Positions 36,536-47,566 are shown, counted from the first letter of the stretch. The stretch: DNA of 64,000 nucleotides from Candidatus Thorarchaeota archaeon (GCA_048882325.1 JBHLRS010000002.1:1-64000); one strand, 5' to 3'. Notes: generated by a model from the sequence alone, not told the origin. A program made the numbers and translations.

Positions 36536-39500
36536 CTATCTTCGTCTATAGAGTACGCAGACGATAATGACTAAGACAACCACTCCGCCAACTATCAGGT
36601 AAAGTGTCATTGGGTTGCCTTCACCATTTGTGGGTGGAGGTGTGGTGCCACTCTGATGTGCACTTGTGTATGCAACGAACACAGGATCACAGATGATCTC
36701 ATGTCCACCCCAGTTCTCATAGCCAGCGGTCATGAACAACATGGATGCATCTACATTCCAATCAGTTATTGTCTGACCAGACGATGACTGATACATCGCA
36801 CTGAAGGCACCTATAGGTACAGTAGAAGAGCCTGAGATATAGACATTAGCATGGTTGTCCCCGCCCCAGGTGTAGGGGAGACCACCCATTGTCACATTAG
36901 CATATGGGCTGTTAGCCTGTCCAAACTCATAGTACTCTGCACCAACACTCTCACGATTTGTGTCAGTCACTGGACGGTCATCTGCAGAATGAGTGGTGCG
37001 ACCTGCGGTTCCAAGAACTCCGAAGAAATTCACTGCGAGGCTACGATCATTGAGGACACTCTGATCGAATGTGTCTAATGTGAAATCACCTATCCTTTGG
37101 TCTACCTTGAAAGAAACAGCGTGATTCCAAGTGGACGGATCCTCTGCATCATAGACTACCTGATCCACATTGAATGATATGTCAAATGCCATTTCATCGA
37201 CTGTGGCATGAGAGATTGCATAGTCAAAGTCTCTCTGGTTCAATTCGAGAGACCCTTCGTAGGACTCACGGAATGCCCAAGGACCTCTGACTCCACGAGA
37301 GTGTTCAATTAGTAGTGGATAGATTGTCACGTCAACGTCGTAGATTGAAACTCCAAAGCTTACTTCAGTATCAGGTGATACAATTACCTCACCAGTTCCA
37401 TTGGTAGCACCAAAAGGTTGGCGGAACTCGACAGATCCAACTGTATCAATAAGGATCAAGTGAGTTACCTCATCAGTAACCAATTGACCGTCTTCAAAGT
37501 AGAAGTCTGGTGCTTTGGGTGAAGCACCGAGTGGATCGTCATTGAAGATTAGCAACCCAGCATACTGAGCTCTGAAGTGTGCAGCCAAACGACTACTCTC
37601 AGAAACACCAACCAGGAATGCTTGATGTGTTCCCCAGAAGAACCACGTTGTCGTCCATTCATTACTCTCAAGACCTGTTATTGCACTCAAATCAAGAGTA
37701 CGATTTTCGGTCATCCAAGCAACATACTTGTATTCAGGTCGAGCAATCTCATCCACTCTGTCAGCCCATAGACTGTTTCGAATGCCATCGAGCTCACCCT
37801 GAGTGACAGGTGTCATATCTGTGTGATACCAATAGAATGTTTCATTGGCCTCAAAAGCCAGTTCGAAGTCAAGGGTTCCCATCCAATTCCCGGACAAGAA
37901 CTCATCACCATTTCGTCCCGGCGTCGGATCAAAGCCTACACCTACTTGCATCATTTCGACAGAGGTGTTGCCCCAATCATGCCAGTATCCTGTGCGCTTG
38001 ATGAAATACTGGTCATCAGTCGTGAAGACATTACCATCAAGATCGATAGCACCCTCAGTGGTTACCACCCATCTCTGCGGTTCAAAGAAGTCTACCTCAC
38101 CCAAAATAAAGTGAGCGGGACTCCAGATTACGTCACTGTCAACCTCTTCATTGAATGATTCAGTATTGTTTCCTGGTTCAGGCCCAGCTGGATAGAGTTG
38201 CCAGTTGTTCTGGCCAGCCAGTGAGATGTTCATCTGCCACCAGCCAAGTCCGCCTGATGCAATGTGCGCTGAAGATACCACCATTGAGGGCGTTTCTGGG
38301 GCAAATTCCAGACCAATATCTAATATGGACTCTGTTGGACCGATAGACCAGCTCCAATCGTGAATCACAATCAAGCCAATATTCAGTTTCTCTTCGGTAC
38401 CCACGAAGACTCCGTCAGTACTGTGAACAAATTTAGTTATAGTAGATACTGACCACACGACATCATGGACAAAGTCAACTACAATATAGTGACGAGTAGT
38501 GTGTCGCCAGTAGTGTGTCGCATTGGACTCGAAACCTTCCGTTTCAAACCATAGCGTGATGTTGTGTCTGTCGACATGGAAATAGAGCCCAGCAATATCG
38601 ACCTGAAGTGCAGCATCAACGGAAACGTTGTTTTGGTTGGTTTCGAGGTATGTGGTACCATTGACTAGGTCTGCAGGAGCATGGATATTAAGAGTCAGGT
38701 TGAGAATGTCACCTGGAAGTGCTCTGTCCGCGATAACACCATCCTTCTTAAGGAAAGCTTCTATGAACTCTTGCTGGAAGGCAAGACTCACTGTGTTGTG
38801 CTTCTCCATGTCAGGATGCGCCTGAAGCCAGTGACCATCTTGACTGAGTACATACCAGAAGGAGGGATCTGGAGTAATTTTGCCTCCAACCTTGAACTCA
38901 TCTGAGTCAAGATCCAACTTGTTTGCGAATGATCCAGTCCAAGTGATCTTGGCTCCACCATTCTCGACTGTGGTTCCACTTGCTACATAGAAGTCAGACA
39001 CTGGAATAGTTGCATTGTAATCGAAATCGAAGTCGACAGTCCACATCAGTATCTCCGCATTCCAAGTCCATGTGATATTGGTAAGATGGCCTCCGATAAC
39101 AAATGCGTCTGTACCATTGTAGACAAAGAACAGAGTCAAGGGCATCTCAGTACCATGAATCCATGGAGTTGCTGGAGAGAAGAAGTTCAAAGGCATTGAG
39201 AAGTTGTAGGGTCTAGTGTATTCTCCATATGTGGTTACAAATGGAAGTACAGCAGCTCCAATTGCTTCATTTGCCTCGAGGTTCAGGGTGAACTCATCAC
39301 CCACGTCAACGTAGTGGAGGATATCACCAGCTCCGTCAACAACCTCAGCATAGTAGTACCGTGGTAGTTCGAAAATGTGACTCGCAACATCAATTCCAAG
39401 ACCTAGAGGTGGAACTGCAAAACCTCCTGCGTTGACAGCAGCTAACCACGATGGTGTTACTGGACGACCAAGTGTGTCGATTGCTTGCATACCGGTCCAG

Positions 39501-40063
39501 AAGATGCGTCTAACAATCCGCATTGTGAACCTAAACGCAAATGTGAGCTCTAATCGATCTAGTCCAGTGTTTTCAGAGTAAACTGAGTTCCCAGAATCTA
39601 GAGCTACAAAATCTGAAGGTACAGGTGCTTCAACTCCAGCTACAGCATGAAAACTCAGAACATTCCAGGCATCTCTTGTGACGTTATACTCCAGCACAAA
39701 GAAGGTGCCCCCATCTTCACCAGTGGATCCCCAAAAGTGTACTGCATCAAGTGCAATGCCCTCACCGAGGAAGGAGTTGGGTATTGTGATATCAACAAGT
39801 AGATCCACACCAGGTTCTACTCGGTAATGATTCTCAGCAATGGAAGTTCCATTGTCTGCATAGAGAATATCCACAGTTGGTTGAGGACCAAAAATCCACT
39901 GAGATTGTTCTTCAGTGTGCTCGAACGTGTCCTGTTCATTTGTGACTTCCCAAGCCACGTACAAGAGTGGATCTCCTGTCGTTTGAGCTTTCACGAAACT
40001 TGCAGTAGCAACGAAGCTCAAAACCAGGAGAGCCACAATGAATATTGTGTTAGTTCTTTTCAT
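36536..40063 (-). CDS. large exported cell-surface (S-layer-like) glycoprotein
   Basis: Signal peptide, acidic beta-rich body, many N-x-S/T sequons, TTPPPT linker, C-terminal TM + RRR; GAGGTG SD upstream. Confidence 0.85.
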   Translation of the reverse strand: MKRTNTIFIVALLVLSFVATASFVKAQTTGDPLLYVAWEVTNEQDTFEHTEEQSQWIFGPQPTVDILYADNGTSIAENHYRVEPGVDLLVDITIPNSFLGEGIALDAVHFWGSTGEDGGTFFVLEYNVTRDAWNVLSFHAVAGVEAPVPSDFVALDSGNSVYSENTGLDRLELTFAFRFTMRIVRRIFWTGMQAIDTLGRPVTPSWLAAVNAGGFAVPPLGLGIDVASHIFELPRYYYAEVVDGAGDILHYVDVGDEFTLNLEANEAIGAAVLPFVTTYGEYTRPYNFSMPLNFFSPATPWIHGTEMPLTLFFVYNGTDAFVIGGHLTNITWTWNAEILMWTVDFDFDYNATIPVSDFYVASGTTVENGGAKITWTGSFANKLDLDSDEFKVGGKITPDPSFWYVLSQDGHWLQAHPDMEKHNTVSLAFQQEFIEAFLKKDGVIADRALPGDILNLTLNIHAPADLVNGTTYLETNQNNVSVDAALQVDIAGLYFHVDRHNITLWFETEGFESNATHYWRHTTRHYIVVDFVHDVVWSVSTITKFVHSTDGVFVGTEEKLNIGLIVIHDWSWSIGPTESILDIGLEFAPETPSMVVSSAHIASGGLGWWQMNISLAGQNNWQLYPAGPEPGNNTESFNEEVDSDVIWSPAHFILGEVDFFEPQRWVVTTEGAIDLDGNVFTTDDQYFIKRTGYWHDWGNTSVEMMQVGVGFDPTPGRNGDEFLSGNWMGTLDFELAFEANETFYWYHTDMTPVTQGELDGIRNSLWADRVDEIARPEYKYVAWMTENRTLDLSAITGLESNEWTTTWFFWGTHQAFLVGVSESSRLAAHFRAQYAGLLIFNDDPLGASPKAPDFYFEDGQLVTDEVTHLILIDTVGSVEFRQPFGATNGTGEVIVSPDTEVSFGVSIYDVDVTIYPLLIEHSRGVRGPWAFRESYEGSLELNQRDFDYAISHATVDEMAFDISFNVDQVVYDAEDPSTWNHAVSFKVDQRIGDFTLDTFDQSVLNDRSLAVNFFGVLGTAGRTTHSADDRPVTDTNRESVGAEYYEFGQANSPYANVTMGGLPYTWGGDNHANVYISGSSTVPIGAFSAMYQSSSGQTITDWNVDASMLFMTAGYENWGGHEIICDPVFVAYTSAHQSGTTPPPTNGEGNPMTLYLIVGGVVVLVIIVCVLYRRR

Positions 40064-40248
40064 ATCTTACACCTCACCAAAAACCTAGCGTGCCGCATCT
40101 CCTCTGCGAGATGTAAGAGTCGAATGCGGGTTCTTGATTTATTGGCGCGATCATCAAAGGTTCTTTCCTAGTAACCTCTGATGGAAAAACCGACGAACTG
40201 CAAATAATATCCTACAATTTTGCATATAATATATTATGGATGAATCAT

Positions 40249-42315
40249 CTATAGCTCATCAAAGTAGACTCTGAGAAGCTCTGCTACACTCCTTGCCCGA
40301 GATACTGTACCTCGATCTCTATGTGGTTTTGAACCATCGAACATTCCAGATACAGTTCCAAGACACCCGCGTCGAACTGCATTAAGTACAGGTCTGAAGA
40401 TGCTCTTCTCAGCTTTTGCTTTATTTGCCTCTGTTCGTCCATTTACATTCAACCATGCAGTTATGTAGGGACCTATAAGCCACGGATGAACAGTGCCTTG
40501 ATGTGTTGCAGCAGCCCTGCTCTTTGGACCACCTGTATAAGCTCGTGCATATCGCTTGTCAGATGGAGCTAGAGTTCGCAACCCAAATGGAGTAAGTAGC
40601 TCCTTAGTGACAGTTTTTAGAACAGAGTTCGCCTGTATATCATCCAAGATTGGGTACGGCAAACTGATTGCGAAAATTTGATTGGGTCGGATGGATTTGT
40701 CATTTACATCGTCAGTGACGACATCATAGAGATAACCTATTTCCTCATCCCAAAATGTTTGTTGGAATGCTTCTTTGATCCATGAAGCAACTGCTCTAAA
40801 TTCGTAGGGGTCTCTCCCAACAAGATCACACATGTCACCCATAGCCATTAAGACATTGAACCAAAGAGCATTGACCTCGACACATTTTCCGAGTCGTGGA
40901 GTGGCAGTCCAATCGCCTATTCGTTCGTTCATCCAAGAAACCTCAACACCCTCGATCCCAGATATAATCAATCCGTCATGATCCTCATGGATGTTGAATT
41001 TGGTCCCGATTCTATAAGCGGCAATAATAGACTCCATTGTATCCCAAATTATTCCTCTAAGGAACTCGACATCGTTGGTAGCCTCAATATAGTTGTGAAC
41101 TGCCATGATGAACCACAATGATGCATCCACAGAATCATATTCAGGCTGGATTCCTCTGTCAGGAAAGTCATTGGGTACTAAACCATACCTAGAGTGTCGA
41201 GCATAATTTGTAAGAATGGCTCGCGCGTCTTGAAACCTGCCTATCGACATAGTCAGTCCTGGTAGTGCCACCATAGCATCTAAGCCTATATCGGCCAACT
41301 CATGATATCCAGCAATAATAGACCGCATCTTTGTAGAAGCTCTATCAACGATGAAGGTGTCTGCATCTAGAATGAGCCATTCGATATCTTCATCGCGAGT
41401 TCTTTGAGTCATTGCATAGGCTCGGTCGTTTAGTATTTTACGTCGTCGTAACTCTTCAAACCGAAGTTTGGCAAAGTCCTTTCTCTCTGCTTTTGCAAGA
41501 GAACCAAGGCGCTTCATCAACTGCTTCTGGGTGGGACTCACAGCAAAGAGAAATGACAGGAAGTGATCACCTGGTTCGAGTGTAGTATGAAAAACTCCAG
41601 GAATAATCATCTCTTCTTCATGAGGTAACCCCATTGCTTTGTCTTTTCGATAAATCTGGGGTTCGGTTACTCGAACTTCACTCGGTGTGAACTCAGCATC
41701 GGGGGTATATGCATACATCCAAGGACTGTTCGGGCGATCATCATATGAGAAGTATGAATGCTCATCCACCACCTCCACTCCTGGAGTGAAATCTAAGTGT
41801 GGTGGTCTTGCGTGAAGATCTCTACAGGTCTGAATCGGTGTTACGGTGAAAATAGTTTCTTCAGTGTTTTTGATCTCGTAGTTTACTACTGTGATGTTTC
41901 GCCTATAGGCCATGAATACCGTCTTCTCTAGTTCAACAAAACCAGTCTTGTAGACCATCTGTGGTAGAGGATTCAATTCGAAGCGTTTCAAGTATCGGTA
42001 TCCTCGATGAGTGACACCGCTCTTTGTTTGCTCAGTACTAAGATTGCACTCGCCCTCTTTATTGACAAGTGCTTCATCTAATCGGGATAGTGTCAACCAT
42101 CTATCAACCGGGGGATTCAGTGATGATACAAGAAGTCCATGATACCCCCTCACATTCAAACCTACAATCGTTGAAGATGTATATCCGCCAAGACCGTTAG
42201 CATACAGCCACTCAAAAGTAACTGCCCTATTCAGTCTAAGGTCTGCATCTTCCAGAGTAATCACTGTGGGGTCTCCATCCAGTTCTGAATGTAATTGTGC
42301 TATCGAAATATGCAC
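40249..42315 (-). CDS. amylo-alpha-1,6-glucosidase / glycogen debranching enzyme (GH133)-like, catalytic residues substituted
   Basis: EWLYANGLGGY, YHGLL, IIAGYH, GLVPN, VDASLWF, GKCVEVNALW, IRPNQIFA, GLRTL; start uncertain. Confidence 0.88.
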   Translation of the reverse strand: MHISIAQLHSELDGDPTVITLEDADLRLNRAVTFEWLYANGLGGYTSSTIVGLNVRGYHGLLVSSLNPPVDRWLTLSRLDEALVNKEGECNLSTEQTKSGVTHRGYRYLKRFELNPLPQMVYKTGFVELEKTVFMAYRRNITVVNYEIKNTEETIFTVTPIQTCRDLHARPPHLDFTPGVEVVDEHSYFSYDDRPNSPWMYAYTPDAEFTPSEVRVTEPQIYRKDKAMGLPHEEEMIIPGVFHTTLEPGDHFLSFLFAVSPTQKQLMKRLGSLAKAERKDFAKLRFEELRRRKILNDRAYAMTQRTRDEDIEWLILDADTFIVDRASTKMRSIIAGYHELADIGLDAMVALPGLTMSIGRFQDARAILTNYARHSRYGLVPNDFPDRGIQPEYDSVDASLWFIMAVHNYIEATNDVEFLRGIIWDTMESIIAAYRIGTKFNIHEDHDGLIISGIEGVEVSWMNERIGDWTATPRLGKCVEVNALWFNVLMAMGDMCDLVGRDPYEFRAVASWIKEAFQQTFWDEEIGYLYDVVTDDVNDKSIRPNQIFAISLPYPILDDIQANSVLKTVTKELLTPFGLRTLAPSDKRYARAYTGGPKSRAAATHQGTVHPWLIGPYITAWLNVNGRTEANKAKAEKSIFRPVLNAVRRGCLGTVSGMFDGSKPHRDRGTVSRARSVAELLRVYFDEL

Positions 42316-42407
42316 ACTTTAAGGGTTGTGTCACATTCGTTAGGCTCAGACAGGCATCGTCATAAGGAGGTCGTCTTTTCGAACTTGCTACAGTTGGAGA
42401 GACGTCG

Positions 42408-43694
42408 ATGACAAAAGATGACTACGGAGAAATCATTGAAGATGAATCTGTAGTCGATACTATTGATAACTCAAAGGACAGATTTGGATTGAGTGGAAAT
42501 CTCCAACGTCTTGCCTTTGTCACTGGTATAGCTCAGTTTGTCATGAGTGTTTGGGCTTGGCAATTCAGCATCTTTCTTGAGGCAAGCGTGAATGAATTAT
42601 GGCAAATAGGAATTACGTTCTCAATTGGAACCTTTGCTACAATTATCGGATATGTTGTTTCTGGTACATTGGCAGATTATATTGGAAGAAAAAACGTGAT
42701 GATAGTAGGTTTTATCCCAATGTTTTCGGGACTCCTTGCTCTTCGATTTCTCCCTATCTGGCCAATCATTCCACTGGAATATGCTACGATACAGATTGGA
42801 TGGGCATTCATTCTCATCATGACGAGTGCAATCCCGGCAGATGAAATCGCACAAACTTCTGGCGTGAATGCGGCTCGTACCTTCAATATGGTCCTATTGC
42901 CTGCCTTTCTAATAGATGGCTCAAGCCCAATAATAGCTGGTATTCTCCTAAATGCTGGTTATGTTGCAGGAGACCTTCATTTACTAGCTGCAATAGGAGC
43001 TCTTGTTGCTATGGTGGCGACACATCTAGGAGTCAGGGAGTCTCTTGGTGAGGACATCATTAAGAGAGCCAAATCGGGATCAATCATCACGATTCGAGGA
43101 TTGGGACGGAACTTCTGGGTCTTTGTATCTGGAATGCTGGGATATGTCTTCGTGATGAATTTCGCATTTCCCTATCTGGGAAATCTTGTCGTAAACGAAT
43201 GGGGTGTAAGTGAATCAGTATATGCATTCGCTTGGAGCGCATGGTCATTCACATGTGTAATTTCAATGTATGGTGTTGGGTCTGCAACGGACAAGAACAT
43301 CAGACTTGCGTTGGTCGTGGGTCTCTACTCCACAGCGATAATCGTAGGTCTCTACTCTTATGGTGCTTCTTTGACAGATCTAATCATTATGAACATTCTA
43401 TTAGCTGTCCCGATAGTGATTTGGAGCGGAGCGGAAAAGACACTCGCAGTAAACGGAGTTAGTGAGGAAATGAAGGGTAGAGCATTAGGAACATATCAGT
43501 TCTTAATGGCTTCAACAAGATTGATTGGCCAATTCATAGGAACTTTGCTTTGGGAATACTTTGGTAGTCTAAGGACAGTGTTCGGAGTCGCTAGTATTGC
43601 AGGTATGATTGTAGTGGTGTGGCTTACATACGCTCTTATGACACTGAAACTAGAATACAGAGGAGAATTTGGAACACTCACCAATACCGAGTAA
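42408..43694 (+). CDS. MFS transporter
   Basis: Motif A GTLADYIGRKNV, MKGRALG, about 12 TM. Confidence 0.88.
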   Translation: MTKDDYGEIIEDESVVDTIDNSKDRFGLSGNLQRLAFVTGIAQFVMSVWAWQFSIFLEASVNELWQIGITFSIGTFATIIGYVVSGTLADYIGRKNVMIVGFIPMFSGLLALRFLPIWPIIPLEYATIQIGWAFILIMTSAIPADEIAQTSGVNAARTFNMVLLPAFLIDGSSPIIAGILLNAGYVAGDLHLLAAIGALVAMVATHLGVRESLGEDIIKRAKSGSIITIRGLGRNFWVFVSGMLGYVFVMNFAFPYLGNLVVNEWGVSESVYAFAWSAWSFTCVISMYGVGSATDKNIRLALVVGLYSTAIIVGLYSYGASLTDLIIMNILLAVPIVIWSGAEKTLAVNGVSEEMKGRALGTYQFLMASTRLIGQFIGTLLWEYFGSLRTVFGVASIAGMIVVVWLTYALMTLKLEYRGEFGTLTNTE

Positions 43695-43750
43695 TCTTCT
43701 TATCTTCGTTTATGTGGATAAAATACTAACAGGAGCCCTGAGGGAGTATT

Positions 43751-45673
43751 ATGAAAGACGATGACTCATCTTTCATTGGCCGTCGTTTACGTCAAACGGG
43801 GGACCTGCTGTTAGGCGGAGCACAGAAACAGGTTGGAGACTATAGGTCAAAATTCGAAGGACTCAGAGGTACGTATGATGATTTTCTGTCTAAACTTATA
43901 GTTTCATATTCGGGTGCAAAATTCGACCCAGCATTTGTTGACAAATTCTTTGGAAAACGGAATCTTTCCTTTGCCGGAATAGATGGGACAATTCTGAAGT
44001 ATGATGTGTTCGATCTGGTTGTGTTCTTCGCTGGTGCTTACAGTGCTCATGGGGAGGTTGACATCTCAGACAAGGGGGATGCGACTATCACCTATGACGA
44101 GAAATATCTTGAACGAGGAATTGGAGTTTCCAGCGTTTTACCTGTATATATCAATGAAGTCCCGCTTATTGATCAGACACTTTTAATTCGTGGCGATGAT
44201 GGACAAGTTGATGATTCTTTCACATTTACTGATGCATGGGTGGTTGATAATTCAGCCTTTGCAGACTTTTTGATGGGGCTTGCTGAGTTTTACTTAGGAT
44301 ACCAGCTTGTGAGTTCAGAGAATCCAGTTGATATTCTATTGTTGGACCGAGTCTTTTCTTCCGAGATAGCATCATTCTATGCTGAGACCTCTGACTTCAG
44401 ATTGAGTCTTGAACATGAGTGTGGGTTGATTGGTCACAAAATCGATGGTAAGCCCTTCAATAAGACCGAGTGGGTGTTTGCCAGGAAACTGTTTGGCAAT
44501 ATGAATTTTGATACACCTCCCGGTAGAGGAGAATATCTACTGCCAAGAATTATAATGGAACTCGGAAGAGAATCGGGTTTTGCATTAACCAGAGATGAGA
44601 TTGCTCAAAGACTTGGACTTACTGATGAGTTTCATCTTGCAAGATTGGATAAGGAGCTGGAAAAGGGGATTAGGGGCTCAGGGGAAACTAAGGGCGTTAT
44701 TACTCGAAAAGGAAAACACTTTGTTCTGAAAGCAGAGTATCGCGAAATCAGAGAACGGACTAGGAAATTAGTCGAAGAAGTATGTGGTCGTATTTTCTCC
44801 TCTGATCCCAATGTATCATATGAAGAACGTTTCAAGGTTGATGGTCGATGGATCACAACAAATGATCTAGCGTTCCTTAGTCTTGCATCACTGCATCTAA
44901 CAGTTGAAAGAAGTTGGGAGAACAGGACTCTGTTGATAGGAGTTGCGAAGGACACCTCAGCGAGAGACCTCAAAAGACAGGTCCTTCCAGTCCTTAATCA
45001 TGTAGGAAGGTTTACTGGTGGTTTTGGAGATAAAGGTCAAGATACACCAGACACGGATCGAATGATTTTACAGTGGATCTCGCTTCATGAGATGGATCGT
45101 CTCAAAGTTCCGTGGGCAACGGTAGAATATGATACTGCGTTTAAGACAGTAGTTCCACACTTTGAAAGATTACCCGGTCTTGTTTCAGGGGCACGGAGGA
45201 ATCAAATATCCCTTGAACGGACCTTCGCAAAGGCTTACTTCCAACTCTGTCAGGCAACTTCTGACCCGAAGCTGAGAAGCAACGTCTTACTCTATGACAG
45301 ACTTGTCTATCCTGAGTTTGACAAGAATTCCAACCAATTGACAAAACTTCATCATGATTATGAGAACAGACCAGATAGCCCTGAAACAGTTGAGGTTCTT
45401 TTCTACGAGGGGGTTGATAACCCAATTCAATCGTTTATCATGCCTCTCTTCAAGATGATGACAAGCATGAGTATCCCTGAGTTGTTTGGCCATTTGAAGC
45501 CACTCTATATTGCAGACAAAGTAGCTAAATACTATTGGAATCAATTCAAGGGGATGGTAGAGAGTACGGGAATCTGGCTAGTTAATCGTCCTGATCTTAG
45601 AGAGTTTCTATTCTATTTGAGTAGTTTTAGAGAAAGGAGGTCTAGTATTGAGCAATCAAGAAAAACAAGTTAA
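43751..45673 (+). CDS. nurA: NurA-domain nuclease with an inserted HTH-like segment
   Basis: FAGIDGT, ILLLDR, IGVAKDT, LYIADK motifs; adjacent to a HerA gene. Confidence 0.75.
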   Translation: MKDDDSSFIGRRLRQTGDLLLGGAQKQVGDYRSKFEGLRGTYDDFLSKLIVSYSGAKFDPAFVDKFFGKRNLSFAGIDGTILKYDVFDLVVFFAGAYSAHGEVDISDKGDATITYDEKYLERGIGVSSVLPVYINEVPLIDQTLLIRGDDGQVDDSFTFTDAWVVDNSAFADFLMGLAEFYLGYQLVSSENPVDILLLDRVFSSEIASFYAETSDFRLSLEHECGLIGHKIDGKPFNKTEWVFARKLFGNMNFDTPPGRGEYLLPRIIMELGRESGFALTRDEIAQRLGLTDEFHLARLDKELEKGIRGSGETKGVITRKGKHFVLKAEYREIRERTRKLVEEVCGRIFSSDPNVSYEERFKVDGRWITTNDLAFLSLASLHLTVERSWENRTLLIGVAKDTSARDLKRQVLPVLNHVGRFTGGFGDKGQDTPDTDRMILQWISLHEMDRLKVPWATVEYDTAFKTVVPHFERLPGLVSGARRNQISLERTFAKAYFQLCQATSDPKLRSNVLLYDRLVYPEFDKNSNQLTKLHHDYENRPDSPETVEVLFYEGVDNPIQSFIMPLFKMMTSMSIPELFGHLKPLYIADKVAKYYWNQFKGMVESTGIWLVNRPDLREFLFYLSSFRERRSSIEQSRKTS

Positions 45674-47564
45674 ACACAAGCTATTCACAGATTTCGATGG
45701 AGCTTTTGAAGGCAGACTTGCAAGAGTCATCCCAGTTGCAGCCAATTATACATCGGAGTGGTCTGGCTCCGCAGCTCGATATGATTGCCGAATCAAGATT
45801 CGGTACAACAAAGAACTGATGGCACAACTCGAGGAGGGTATGCTCTTGGCTGTCAAGAATTTCAGGGGGCAGTCCAAGAGGGCAGCGAAGGAAGGGATTG
45901 AACGATTCACTGTGATGGTGATAAGTAAGGTATGGCCACTACACTATGGGCTCGGAGGGGTCAGCGATAGTCACTATTTCCCACTTCAAATGGAAATCAT
46001 CGAACAGTCGGTACCGGACTGGTCAACCGATGACCAAGCAACAATGATGGTTCACATGAATGCTGTTCCAATCAACTACGATCTCGTGATTGATAAGACA
46101 GGCAATATAGAGTTTAAGAAAGGATTTTCATACCCGCTAGTGGGAGAGAAGGCATATGTCATTGACATGGAAACTGTTGACCTCATTTACAACGATAAAG
46201 TGAAGAAGGCAATGGGGTTCACAAAGAAGACTTCAGTTGCTGACCCGAAGAAGGATCCTCGTGTTGGAGTATTGAGGATGTTTATGGAGTCTGGACAGGA
46301 AGTACCAATCTATGTTGACTTGACTAAACTAGTACGGTACCACTTTGGCGTATTCAGCTTTACAGGCGGCGGAAAGAGTAACCTACTCTCTAACTTGTTT
46401 AGGAGGATTCTCTATCATGACAAGGACACTAAGCTGGTTATATTCGACATTAGCTGTGAGTATCCCTTCCTGTTGAGTGATGTTTTCATGGATTCAAAGA
46501 TATCTAGTCTCATTGTTCTTGAGGATGAGGCTAAGACATCAGAACACTTTGCCAGGTCCATTGTTAAACCAAGAGATTTCGAAGAGGATGATAGAGCAAA
46601 CGAAGTCCTAAAGCAGATTTATGACAAAGGGAATGTAACTTTCTACAATAGACCATTGACACAAGTTCCAACGTTTGGCAGTCTCATGCAAGAGATGAGA
46701 TCGATACGGGCAGAGAACTCCAACAGACCAACATACGTTTCAGCAATGGATGCTATCATGGACTTCGTGGCCGATTACATCAACAAGGCGGGCAAATCAG
46801 AACATGACGAGCTCGACACTGCATTCATTGACCAACTGGACTCCACAGCAACTCAAGCAATGACTACTTTCAAAGTTAGTGAGAAATCCAACGTATTCGC
46901 ATGGGCAACGACCAGATCAAGTTTGAAAGGGGTTCTCACCAGGGCACAGAAAGCGAAGAAGTCTGGTGTCACAGTTAAAGAGCTCAGAAAGAAACTCAGT
47001 GGACCTGAGCGAGTCATATGCATCTCGATTGCAGACCCTGATACATTAAGAGACCTCGTTATAAAACTGACCAGTGCAGCACTTCGCTATCGAAAGAGGA
47101 GCTTTGAGATCAAGCCACAGATACTTTTTGTCTTTGATGAGGCACAGGAGTTCATCCCCTCAAATGCCTCAGGTCATCTCGGACAAACGAGTGCAGCTGT
47201 GGAGAGGTTACTCAGACAGGGAAGGAAGTATGGACTAGGTGGAGCTATTGCCACACAGAGAATTGCTTACCTGAACACGAACATCATGCAACAGCTTCAT
47301 ACTTTCTTTGTGGGCACACTCCCACGACCCTATGACAGGACGGTGGTAAGTAGCTCATTCCAGATAGATCTTAGTATTCTTGATAAGACACTCGAGTTTC
47401 CACCTGGGTCATGGCTTTTGTCAAGCTATATCGCAACGGGACTTGACAGTGTTCCAGTTTTTGTGAAAGCTGATAATTCGGAGGATGTTTTGAGGGAACA
47501 TGTTGAATCTGTGTTAACCAAGAAAAATAAGACCGATGAAGAGGAACAAACAAAACTAGGTTAA
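45648..47564 (+). CDS. herA: HerA/FtsK-family ATPase (HAS barrel + motor domain)
   Basis: HFGVFSFTGGGKSN, IFDISCEY, DEAQEF, GRKYG, ATQR; overlaps the end of nurA. Confidence 0.85.
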   Translation: MSNQEKQVKHKLFTDFDGAFEGRLARVIPVAANYTSEWSGSAARYDCRIKIRYNKELMAQLEEGMLLAVKNFRGQSKRAAKEGIERFTVMVISKVWPLHYGLGGVSDSHYFPLQMEIIEQSVPDWSTDDQATMMVHMNAVPINYDLVIDKTGNIEFKKGFSYPLVGEKAYVIDMETVDLIYNDKVKKAMGFTKKTSVADPKKDPRVGVLRMFMESGQEVPIYVDLTKLVRYHFGVFSFTGGGKSNLLSNLFRRILYHDKDTKLVIFDISCEYPFLLSDVFMDSKISSLIVLEDEAKTSEHFARSIVKPRDFEEDDRANEVLKQIYDKGNVTFYNRPLTQVPTFGSLMQEMRSIRAENSNRPTYVSAMDAIMDFVADYINKAGKSEHDELDTAFIDQLDSTATQAMTTFKVSEKSNVFAWATTRSSLKGVLTRAQKAKKSGVTVKELRKKLSGPERVICISIADPDTLRDLVIKLTSAALRYRKRSFEIKPQILFVFDEAQEFIPSNASGHLGQTSAAVERLLRQGRKYGLGGAIATQRIAYLNTNIMQQLHTFFVGTLPRPYDRTVVSSSFQIDLSILDKTLEFPPGSWLLSSYIATGLDSVPVFVKADNSEDVLREHVESVLTKKNKTDEEEQTKLG

Positions 47565-47566
47565 GT

